A stretch of DNA of 64,000 nucleotides from contig JAFTYU010000009.1 of the NCBI GenBank assembly GCA_017461235.1, positions 8,177-72,176 on the forward strand. Direction: 5' to 3'. The notes below the pieces were generated by a model. It was given only the letters and a program-made list of their open reading frames with translations, was not told the DNA's origin and searched no databases. This document shows positions 9,832-18,001 of this stretch, piece by piece. This DNA is from Clostridia bacterium (GTDB lineage Bacteria; Bacillota; Clostridia; Oscillospirales; Acutalibacteraceae). A program made the translations under genes and the position numbers. The first letter of the stretch is position 1. The number at the start of each line of letters is the position of its first letter.

Positions 9832-10983
9832 TTATACCTTTACAGTTTCTTTTTCGGGAGTATAACACTCGTTAAGAATTTCTTTTATAACGGGCTCAAT
9901 TACTTCAACTCTGTATTTTTGAACGTAAGTAACATTTGTTTTGCCTATGTTTTTGCGCAATGATTTATCTGACGTCAGCTTATGTAGGTTTTCAGCGTAA
10001 CCGTCGACATCCATAGGAGCACACATATATCCTGTAACACCGTTTTCTACATAGTCAGGAACACCTTGCACGTTTGAAGTAATAAGCGGTAGACCCGATG
10101 CCATAGCTTCAAGGGATGCAAGTCCCAATCCTTCACGGATGGACGGATGAGCGTATATGTCACAGGCAGACATAATTTCAGGGATATCTGCCCTGTAGCC
10201 CAAGAAGGAAACCTGTTTGTCAACATTCAAAGAAGTTGCCAATTTGAGCAAGTGGTTTTCGAGAACCCCTTGACCGCAGATGATGTACTTGATACGTGGG
10301 TCATCTAATTTTGCAATTGCTTTTATAATAGCCTGATGATTCTTTCTCTTTTGAAGCTCACCAACAGATAAAATAAGAATATCATTTTCCGTAATGCCTA
10401 ACTGAGCACGTTTTTCATCACGTGAAACAACACTTTCGCGGTTTGAAAAATCAACACCGATACCGTCGATGTGCTTGATGACAGGCGTGTGAGTGTGTTT
10501 TTTAGCCCAATTGTAATCTTCCCAGTTTATAGTAACAAGAATGTCATTGAATCGGGACATAAAAATTTCTGTCGGTGCCCACATAAGCCAGTTGAGTAAG
10601 GGTGCGCCCTTAAAAAAGTGGAATCCGTGAGCCATATAAAGGACTTTTGTGCCTTTTTTACGCGCTTTTCGGGCGGCAAAACGTGTCATAACGCCCATAA
10701 CGGGTTCATTAGTCCAGATTATATCGTATTCATTTTCTGATAAAAGCTTTTTCAGATCGCCGTATCCTTTGAGATTTACGGGCGAAAAGGGACTGCGCAT
10801 AAGTCGCAACGTATGTATATTAGCTACATCGCCGACGGCATTTTTTACATCTTCCAATCTGTCACCTACAACGGAACAGGCAAGGTCAACTTTAAAACCA
10901 TTTTCAGCAAGATAGCGGATGTGGGGTACCATAAACTGAATTGTCATCAGATCGGTACAGGTAAGAAGAAGTCGCGTCATCAC
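9832..10983 (-). CDS. glycosyltransferase, GT4 family
   Basis: EGLGLASLEAMASGLPLI motif, with a 4-nt overlap with the upstream transketolase subunit gene. Confidence 0.8.
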   Translation of the reverse strand: MMTRLLLTCTDLMTIQFMVPHIRYLAENGFKVDLACSVVGDRLEDVKNAVGDVANIHTLRLMRSPFSPVNLKGYGDLKKLLSENEYDIIWTNEPVMGVMTRFAARKARKKGTKVLYMAHGFHFFKGAPLLNWLMWAPTEIFMSRFNDILVTINWEDYNWAKKHTHTPVIKHIDGIGVDFSNRESVVSRDEKRAQLGITENDILILSVGELQKRKNHQAIIKAIAKLDDPRIKYIICGQGVLENHLLKLATSLNVDKQVSFLGYRADIPEIMSACDIYAHPSIREGLGLASLEAMASGLPLITSNVQGVPDYVENGVTGYMCAPMDVDGYAENLHKLTSDKSLRKNIGKTNVTYVQKYRVEVIEPVIKEILNECYTPEKETVKV

Positions 10984-11897
10984 TTCACCTCTAACAAAAT
11001 TCTTTGAGCAATTTTTTCACCGCTCATACCGTATTGGTCGCGTAAATATTTCTGGTCACCCACAAGGGTGCTGTATTCGTCATTCATACCGATTCGCAGG
11101 AGTCTTGCGTGAGAAGGAAGCTCTGCAAGAACTTCTGCAACCGCACTGCCGAAACCGCCTGAAAGATTATGCTCTTCACAAGTGACAATAAGCTCATGGG
11201 TTGCGGCAATTTTTGTTATAACCTCTTTATCGATGGGTTTGACTGTCGGAAAAGTGTAAACGGTAGGTGTAATTCCGTTTTCTTTGAGTGTTTCCTGAGC
11301 AATTTCAACCTCTTCAAAAATCGCACCTGTTGAAAAGATTGCAACCTTTTCGCCTTCGGAAACGGGAATGGCTTTGCCTATACGGAAGTCAGGCAAAGAC
11401 TCGTGGATTCTCTTTTCACCGCCTCTGCCAAGGCGTACGTAGCAGGTGCCCGGATATTTTGCAATAGCACGCGTTACTGCTTCGGCTTCGACCAGGTCAC
11501 CGGGGCAAAGCACGGTAACATTGGGCAGTGAGCGCATAACTGCGATGTCTTCGGTGGCGTGGTGGCTCATACCAAGGGAGCCGTAAACAAAGCCGCCGCC
11601 TACGCAGATAACTTTGACATTTGCGTTGTGGTAAGCGCAGTCGTTTCGGATTTGTTCAAGACATCTCAATGTGGGGAAATTGCCTATTGAGTAGGTGAAA
11701 ACCGTTTTGCCTTCCAGAGCCATACCTGCGGCAACTGAAGTAAGGTTTTGTTCTGCAATGCCCGCATTTATCATCTGATCGGGATGTGCTTCCCAGAAAG
11801 GTTTTAGCACGCCGAAACCTAAATCGCCCGTAACAACTTCGATGTTTTTGTTTTCATCCGCAAGTTCTGTGAGGGTTTTAAAAAAAGTATCTCTCAT
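10980..11897 (-). CDS. transketolase, C-terminal (pyrimidine-binding/C-terminal domain) subunit
   Basis: MRDTFFKTL...GIAEQNLTSVAAGMA...HATEDIAVMRSLPN is typical of split transketolases. The ATGA overlap with the N-terminal subunit stop sets the start at 11897. Confidence 0.85.
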   Translation of the reverse strand: MRDTFFKTLTELADENKNIEVVTGDLGFGVLKPFWEAHPDQMINAGIAEQNLTSVAAGMALEGKTVFTYSIGNFPTLRCLEQIRNDCAYHNANVKVICVGGGFVYGSLGMSHHATEDIAVMRSLPNVTVLCPGDLVEAEAVTRAIAKYPGTCYVRLGRGGEKRIHESLPDFRIGKAIPVSEGEKVAIFSTGAIFEEVEIAQETLKENGITPTVYTFPTVKPIDKEVITKIAATHELIVTCEEHNLSGGFGSAVAEVLAELPSHARLLRIGMNDEYSTLVGDQKYLRDQYGMSGEKIAQRILLEVK

Positions 11898-12835
11898 TGC
11901 TGCTGTTCCTTTCTGAACCAAGTGGGTTTATATGTAGCTGACATAGTGTTGTCTAAATGAATCTCTTTTTCATCAGGCATTTCAGGATTTTGGATTCCGT
12001 CGGGAGTGTAGGGGTCTGTGACACCTTCGGGCTTTGTTTTATGAAGCTCCGAGACCGCCTGATCGTATTCCCAACCATCGTGCGGGAATCTGTAATGCCA
12101 GAGAATGTCATTCTCCATATATGGGATGCCCTTGCCTTTTACGGTGTTGGCAATAATAACAGTAGGCTTATTGTTTGCTTTTATGCCTGAAAGAGCATTG
12201 CGAAGCTGTTCGTGGTCATTGCCGTTTATATCAACAACATTCCAGCCGAAGCTTTCCCAGATGCCTTTAAGGGGAGTGGTGGATAAAGTTTTGTCGCAGA
12301 AGTCAAGGCTCTGCATTTTGTTGTGGTCAACTATGCAAACAAGGTTGTCCAGACCAAAATGAACAGCGAATAAAGCCGCTTCCCATACGGAGCCTTCGTT
12401 ACACTCGCCGTCACCCAGAACCACATAACTTTTGTGGCTTTTTCCGTCTTGCTTTGCCGCCAGAGCCATGCCTGCGGCGGCGGATAAACCGTGTCCTAAA
12501 GAACCCGTAGAAAAGTCTACGCCCGGCACATGGTGTGAAACATGCCCGGACAGACGGCTACCGTTACGGTAGTGAGTTTTAAGTTCTTCTGTGTCAAAAA
12601 AACCACATTCCGCAAGGGCTGCATAAATAGCAGCACCCGCGTGACCTTTTGATAAAATAAATCGGTCGCGGTTGTCGGATTTAGGGTTGTTAACATCAAA
12701 TTTAAGAATATCGGCATACAAAACACCAATTATGTCAGCGACTGACATAACTGCACCAATATGACTTCCACCTGAAAGGTGAGTCATTTCTACACCGTGT
12801 CGTCTGATTTTCCAGGCTAATTGCTCACTTGTCAT
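11894..12835 (-). CDS. transketolase, N-terminal (ThDP-binding) subunit
   Basis: GGSHIG...SKGHAG...GSLGHGLS...LGDGECNEGSVWEA is a ThDP motif. I prefer the start at MTSEQ, which has a GGAG upstream. An alternative ATG lies at 12862. Confidence 0.85.
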   Translation of the reverse strand: MTSEQLAWKIRRHGVEMTHLSGGSHIGAVMSVADIIGVLYADILKFDVNNPKSDNRDRFILSKGHAGAAIYAALAECGFFDTEELKTHYRNGSRLSGHVSHHVPGVDFSTGSLGHGLSAAAGMALAAKQDGKSHKSYVVLGDGECNEGSVWEAALFAVHFGLDNLVCIVDHNKMQSLDFCDKTLSTTPLKGIWESFGWNVVDINGNDHEQLRNALSGIKANNKPTVIIANTVKGKGIPYMENDILWHYRFPHDGWEYDQAVSELHKTKPEGVTDPYTPDGIQNPEMPDEKEIHLDNTMSATYKPTWFRKEQQQ

Positions 12836-12868
12836 TTTCTTTCCACTCCAAACAAATTCCATTTGAGT

Positions 12869-13807
12869 TTATATTTTTGAGATTTCATCAAGAGCCTTGA
12901 ATTCTTCCGGGGTAAAGGACCAACCCATAGCATCAAGATTTGATATCAATTGGTCAGCTCTTTTTATTCCTGCCAAAGCTACGCTCTCGGGTAAACAGTC
13001 AAGGATAAAACGGATAGCACATGCGGAAAGTGTTTTGCCGCGGTTTACTGCAATCTCTCTGAGAACATCGACTATTTCCATATTCTTCTTAAGCTTTTCG
13101 CCGTGAAAATTCACGTAGATATCAAGGCGTCTGCGGTCATCAAAACCGAATTTTGAATTGATATCATATTTACCGGTTAAGATACCTTGTCCGAGACTGC
13201 CCCAGGTCATAGGCGTGAGATTTAATTCTGATTGCAGCTTTCTTAAATCCTCTTCATTTTTACGGCATGCCAAAGAAAATTCGTTTTGACAGTTAACGAA
13301 CAGTCCTTTGTAGGGAAGAAGTTCTTCAATGTCATTGGAATTGATGTTTGATAAACCGAAGTAGCGTATCTTACCTTTATCGCGAAGCATTATGAGTTTA
13401 TTGACAACCTCTTCTATCGGTGTTGCACCGTCGCGGTAATGAATAAGATAGATATCGATATAGTCGGTATTAAGACGTCGCAGGCTGTTATCAAGAGCAG
13501 CTTCTATATAAGCGGGGGAATTGTCGTAGAAGGTTCTGCCGCCTTCCACGCGTACGCCGAATTTTGTTTCTATGATAACATAGCGACGGTTTCCGCCAAG
13601 ACCCTTTGCGAGAGTTTTTTCGGACTGACCGAGACCGTAGGTGTCGGCGGTGTCGAAAAAGTTAACGCCTGTGTCGAGAGCCTTGCGTATGGCACCCACA
13701 AGCTCGTCCTGTTCTACTCTGCCCCAGTTGTAGCCGCCCATAGGGCAACCGCCCATACAGAAGCGTGAAACTCTGAGATCGGTGTTTTTTAAGGTTATGT
13801 ACTCCAT
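12869..13807 (-). CDS. aldo/keto reductase family oxidoreductase
   Basis: FFDTADTYGLGQSE, IETKFG and YLIHYRD motifs, with an AGGAG Shine-Dalgarno upstream. Confidence 0.85.
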   Translation of the reverse strand: MEYITLKNTDLRVSRFCMGGCPMGGYNWGRVEQDELVGAIRKALDTGVNFFDTADTYGLGQSEKTLAKGLGGNRRYVIIETKFGVRVEGGRTFYDNSPAYIEAALDNSLRRLNTDYIDIYLIHYRDGATPIEEVVNKLIMLRDKGKIRYFGLSNINSNDIEELLPYKGLFVNCQNEFSLACRKNEEDLRKLQSELNLTPMTWGSLGQGILTGKYDINSKFGFDDRRRLDIYVNFHGEKLKKNMEIVDVLREIAVNRGKTLSACAIRFILDCLPESVALAGIKRADQLISNLDAMGWSFTPEEFKALDEISKI

Positions 13808-13816
13808 CTGATACTC

Positions 13817-14464
13817 CTATTTTCGTGTGATAACACGGATTGCTTTTTTTACTACCTGCAAACAAGTTTTTACAAAAAGTGAAGCATCGGTTTTCAGTGA
13901 CACTTCTTTGGCGTATTTTACGCGTAACTCGTTTTTCTTTTTAAGAACATATTTTTCATACATTTCATCAGGATTTTCTTCGCCAACGATTTCGTCAAGA
14001 TTTATGAACTCAATGGAACTGAAATCAGTTATACCCGGACGAACCTGAAGGATGAGTTTTTCGTCACCTTCGTAGCGCTCTGTGTACTTCAGGAGCTCGG
14101 GTCTGGGACCTATGAAGCTCATGGTCGAGTTAAGTACGTTGAAGAGCTGCGGGATTTCGTCAAGCTTGAGCTTTCGCAAATATTTGCCTGCACGTGTTAT
14201 GCGCGGGTCATTAAGAGCGGTGGTGCCGTCACCCTTGTCCGCATCCTTGACCATTGTTCTGAATTTGTAAATGTGAAAGGGCTTGTTTTTGTATCCGTCG
14301 CGTAAGGGCTTATAAAAAACAGGGAAACCCGAATCAATGGCAATAATGAGAGATATTATGGCGAGCAACGGTAAAGCTGCAATTAATATAACAAGCGCAA
14401 TTATAAAATCAAAAACTCGCTTGAAAAAGCGGTTGTAGATGCGTTGGTAACCGAATTTTTTCAT
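13817..14464 (-). CDS. small (PglC/EpsL-type) undecaprenyl-phosphate sugar phosphotransferase, the priming enzyme
   Basis: One N-terminal TM segment, KFRTM, DEIPQ and GPRPE motifs. Start set at MKKFGYQ, which has a GGAGGA Shine-Dalgarno. Confidence 0.85.
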   Translation of the reverse strand: MKKFGYQRIYNRFFKRVFDFIIALVILIAALPLLAIISLIIAIDSGFPVFYKPLRDGYKNKPFHIYKFRTMVKDADKGDGTTALNDPRITRAGKYLRKLKLDEIPQLFNVLNSTMSFIGPRPELLKYTERYEGDEKLILQVRPGITDFSSIEFINLDEIVGEENPDEMYEKYVLKKKNELRVKYAKEVSLKTDASLFVKTCLQVVKKAIRVITRK

Positions 14465-14662
14465 ATTTCCTCCTATGTGAAAAGGGTTTCTGAGCCCTGT
14501 TTTAAGCCGCACTAACCAATTTAAGTCTACATAATATGACTATAATATCATTATTACAATATAATGTCAATAAAACCGACAATAAAAAAACAAAAAATCA
14601 AGTCTTGTTTTCAGTATGTAAATTGTGGTAAAATTTCACGTGAGAAAAACAGGGGTGGTGAA

Positions 14663-15448
14663 ATGGTGAAAGAAACGCTGAAACGTATGCAAAATACACC
14701 TTTTTTGAAGCTGCCTTTTGGCGGAATAAATGCGGATTTTCTGCGTTTTACGGCGGTTATTTTTATGCTTCTTGACCATAGCTGGACAGCTTTTATACCA
14801 GGCAACAACTGGTTGAATTATCTCGGCAGAATGGCTTTTCCGATTTTCGCTTTTCAGATATCCGAAGGGTTTATACACACGTCGGATATAAAGAAATATT
14901 TTCTGCGACTTCTGGTATTTGCACTGGTCTCGGAAATACCTTTCAACGTATTTTGTGCATCAGAAATATTTTTTCCGCATTATCAGAACATTCTGTTCAC
15001 TTTTTTGCTCAGTATAGTCGCACTGGAAATTGTTAAAACGGTAAAAAAAGATCCCACCGTTTTAAAAGTAACGATGGGTTTTATCGGTGTTGCAATTGTA
15101 GTGATTTCGGCTGAAATTTTAAAGGTGGATTACGGTGCTGCCGGAGTTGTTACGGTGCTGGCTTTTTACTTGTTCAGAGACTTTCCCTGCGCATTTCTGG
15201 CACAGTTCGCAACATTGTTTTTTGTGTTCGTTTTCCTGTATCCGGGACGCCCCGTTTTATTCGGTTTCCGCGGTGAAATTTACAGCTTTCCCGTCCAGAT
15301 TTTTTCGCTGTTTTCTTTAATTTTTATATGGCTTTATAACGGTAAAAAAGGTAAGAAAAATAAGGCTTTACAGTATGGTTTTTATGCTTTTTATCCCCTT
15401 CATATTGCCTTGCTGTGTGTCGTGAGATTTGTCTTAAATAATGTCTGA
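14663..15448 (+). CDS. TraX-family membrane protein
   Basis: LRFTAVIFMLLDH...AFPIFAFQISEGF and a polytopic profile. Start at the ATG following AGGGGTGG. Confidence 0.6.
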   Translation: MVKETLKRMQNTPFLKLPFGGINADFLRFTAVIFMLLDHSWTAFIPGNNWLNYLGRMAFPIFAFQISEGFIHTSDIKKYFLRLLVFALVSEIPFNVFCASEIFFPHYQNILFTFLLSIVALEIVKTVKKDPTVLKVTMGFIGVAIVVISAEILKVDYGAAGVVTVLAFYLFRDFPCAFLAQFATLFFVFVFLYPGRPVLFGFRGEIYSFPVQIFSLFSLIFIWLYNGKKGKKNKALQYGFYAFYPLHIALLCVVRFVLNNV

Positions 15449-16423
15449 GACAGATGTTATTTCTATCCCCGTGTAATAGTGGCAGAGAATCTCTTTGTAG
15501 GTCATTCCCTGCTTTGCAAAACAGTCGGCTCCGTACTGACTCATACCTACTCCGTGACCGTAACCGCAGACATTGAAGGTAACTGTGTCTGCGGTTGTTT
15601 TTATGGTGAAAACGGGGCTCCTTAAAGAGTAAATTTTCCTTATTTCTTCACCGGTGAATTTTTCTCCGTTTACAGTCACTGAAAGCACAGTTCCCGTTGC
15701 GGATTTTTCTTCGATTTTTATAATATTTTCAAGGGTTGACGGCGTTTTTTTCAGCAAATCGTTTTCTTTTGAAATTTTAATGAACTCGTTCTTTTCGAAT
15801 GCTACGGCTGAGGCATAATTCGGCGATAATTTATCCCCCTCGCTGCTGACACTTTTAAGATACGGTACTTCTGTTCCCCACAAGCTTTTTGCATCTTCTG
15901 TCATACCGCATGAGATAGCATAAAATGCCGCCACACACAGTTCACCGTCATAATAAATTGCCTGATTTTCAACTGCTTTTACGGCATTCTGAAGTTTGGC
16001 TTCGTATTTTTCAAAATCGTCACCCCATTTTTCTTTGCGTTGGGCTTCATCAATATAGCCCTGGTGAACGGCGGTATCGTCTGAAATGTGAGCGGTATTT
16101 TTATTTGTGTTCTCTTTTTTTAATCTCAGGGCGTTTGTATAACAGGCTACGGCCTGCGCTTTGATTGCTTCTTCGTGATATGCCAAGGGCATTTCGGCGG
16201 CAACGCTTCCGCAGACATATTCAAACATAGAAATGTTCTGAGTAGAGTTTTCCGTTGAACGGAAAACGGCAATGGTCTGCGGACTATCGGTTTGTGAAGA
16301 TGTGGTTTGTATAACTGAGCTTTCGGTTGTTTCGGACCGCGGAGGTGTATTTTTTATGGCTAAAAGCGGTACGCAAACCATTGAAATTACTGCAAAAAAG
16401 GCTATTAAAGAAAATTTTTTCAT
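15434..16423 (-). CDS. spoIID: stage II sporulation protein D (SpoIID/LytB lytic transglycosylase)
   Basis: Signal/anchor N-terminus, and YGHGVGMSQYGA and CHYYTG motifs at the C-terminus. Confidence 0.85.
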   Translation of the reverse strand: MKKFSLIAFFAVISMVCVPLLAIKNTPPRSETTESSVIQTTSSQTDSPQTIAVFRSTENSTQNISMFEYVCGSVAAEMPLAYHEEAIKAQAVACYTNALRLKKENTNKNTAHISDDTAVHQGYIDEAQRKEKWGDDFEKYEAKLQNAVKAVENQAIYYDGELCVAAFYAISCGMTEDAKSLWGTEVPYLKSVSSEGDKLSPNYASAVAFEKNEFIKISKENDLLKKTPSTLENIIKIEEKSATGTVLSVTVNGEKFTGEEIRKIYSLRSPVFTIKTTADTVTFNVCGYGHGVGMSQYGADCFAKQGMTYKEILCHYYTGIEITSVSDII

Positions 16424-16461
16424 ATGCTTTCACCCATCCGTTATTTTTAATATGAGATTTA

Positions 16462-16490
16462 TTGACAACTGCGACATTATGGTATAAAAT
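16462..16490 (+). promoter_or_regulatory. sigma-A-type promoter candidate for the citrate synthase gene
   Basis: TTGACA (16462-16467), a 17-nt spacer, then TAAAAT (16485-16490). Confidence 0.5.
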
Positions 16491-16551
16491 AATATGAATT
16501 ATTGTTTTAAATTATGATTTTATATAAACGGCTAAACAAGGAGATGAAAAT

Positions 16552-17964
16552 ATGCCTACATACATTGAGAATGTTACCGCGGACAATTTCACGGAGCTTT
16601 GCAGTGAACTTAAAAGCTACAGCTCGGTAGCTCCGGAGTATTTTGACAGATTTGAAGTCAAGAGAGGTTTAAGAAATCGCGACGGCAGTGGCGTTATGGC
16701 AGGTCTTACAAAGGTTTGCTCGGTAGAAGGTTACTATATTGATGACGGTGAGCGTAAGCCTGTTGAAGGTCACCTTACATACAGAGGTATCGACATTAAC
16801 GATCTGGTTGACGGTTGCATCAAGGAAAACCGTTTCGGATATGAAGAGGTTGCCTGGTTGCTTTTATTCGGTCACCTGCCCACAAAGTCACAGCTTGATG
16901 ATTTCAACAAATTGCTTTCGGATTCAAGAGATCTCCCCGAAGATTTCATAGAAGATATGATTATGAAAGCACCTTCGCCCAATATTATGAATAAACTTGA
17001 GCGTTCTGTGCTTTCTCTTTACTCATACGACAGCAACCCCGACGATATTTCCATTGAGAATGTGGTACGTCAGAGTGTTCAGCTCATAGCACAGCTACCC
17101 ACAATTATGACCTATGCATATCAGGTCAAGAGAAGATATTATCTGAAAAAAAGTATGTATCTTCATCCTGTAAAGCCCGGTCTTTCTACTGCGGAAACTA
17201 TTCTTTACAACACGCGTTCGAACCGCAAATTTACGGATGAGGAAGCAAAGCTTCTTGACCTTTGCCTTATGATTCACGCGGAGCACGGCGGCGGTAACAA
17301 CTCGGCTTTTGCTACAAGAGTTCTTACTTCCAGCGGTACCGATACTTATGCGGCAATCTCCGCAGGTATAGGTTCTCTTAAAGGTCCTCGTCACGGCGGT
17401 GCAAACCTTAAGGTTGCCGAGATGATGAATTATATGAAGGCGGATGTTAAAGATATTACCGACGAAGGTCAGGTTGCAGACTTCCTTAAAAAGATAATAA
17501 ACCGTGAGGCAGGCGACAAGAGCGGTCTCGTTTACGGTATGGGTCACGCCGTTTACACACTCAGTGACCCCAGACAGAAAATTCTTAAACGTGAAGCAAT
17601 AAAACTTGCGGAAGAAAAAGGCTTTGCAGATGAGTTCAAAGCACTTGATCTTATCGAAAAATTAACGCCTGAGATTTTTGCAAGCGAGAAGAATAACAAC
17701 AAAAAAATCTGTGCTAACGTTGACCTTTATTCAGGTCTTATATATCAGATGTTAGGAATTCCGGAAGATTTATACACACCCCTTTTCGCCATTGCACGAG
17801 TAGCAGGCTGGTCTGCTCACCGTATAGAAGAGCTTATATCCGGTAACAGGGTCATCCGTCCGGCTTATAAAAATATGGCGGTGCCCAAAGAATATGCACC
17901 TATTGATGAAAGAATTTCTAACTTCAAAAAGTCTTCAGAATACGTACCGCTTGACGAAAGATAA
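16552..17964 (+). CDS. citrate synthase (Si-type citrate/2-methylcitrate synthase family)
   Basis: HAEHGGGNNS, GPRHGGAN and GMGHAVY motifs. Confidence 0.9.
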   Translation: MPTYIENVTADNFTELCSELKSYSSVAPEYFDRFEVKRGLRNRDGSGVMAGLTKVCSVEGYYIDDGERKPVEGHLTYRGIDINDLVDGCIKENRFGYEEVAWLLLFGHLPTKSQLDDFNKLLSDSRDLPEDFIEDMIMKAPSPNIMNKLERSVLSLYSYDSNPDDISIENVVRQSVQLIAQLPTIMTYAYQVKRRYYLKKSMYLHPVKPGLSTAETILYNTRSNRKFTDEEAKLLDLCLMIHAEHGGGNNSAFATRVLTSSGTDTYAAISAGIGSLKGPRHGGANLKVAEMMNYMKADVKDITDEGQVADFLKKIINREAGDKSGLVYGMGHAVYTLSDPRQKILKREAIKLAEEKGFADEFKALDLIEKLTPEIFASEKNNNKKICANVDLYSGLIYQMLGIPEDLYTPLFAIARVAGWSAHRIEELISGNRVIRPAYKNMAVPKEYAPIDERISNFKKSSEYVPLDER

Positions 17965-18001
17965 TTTACCTACTCCACCCCTTTTGAAAGGATTGTAATT
18001 G

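Noticed and set aside
14632-14647. parS-like sequence AATTTCACGTGAGAAA, considered because soj/spo0J are in the window
   Set aside because: Only about 12 of 16 positions match the Firmicute parS consensus TGTTTCACGTGAAACA, and the palindrome arms are broken. Other CACGTG cores in the window fit even worse. I found no convincing parS by eye.
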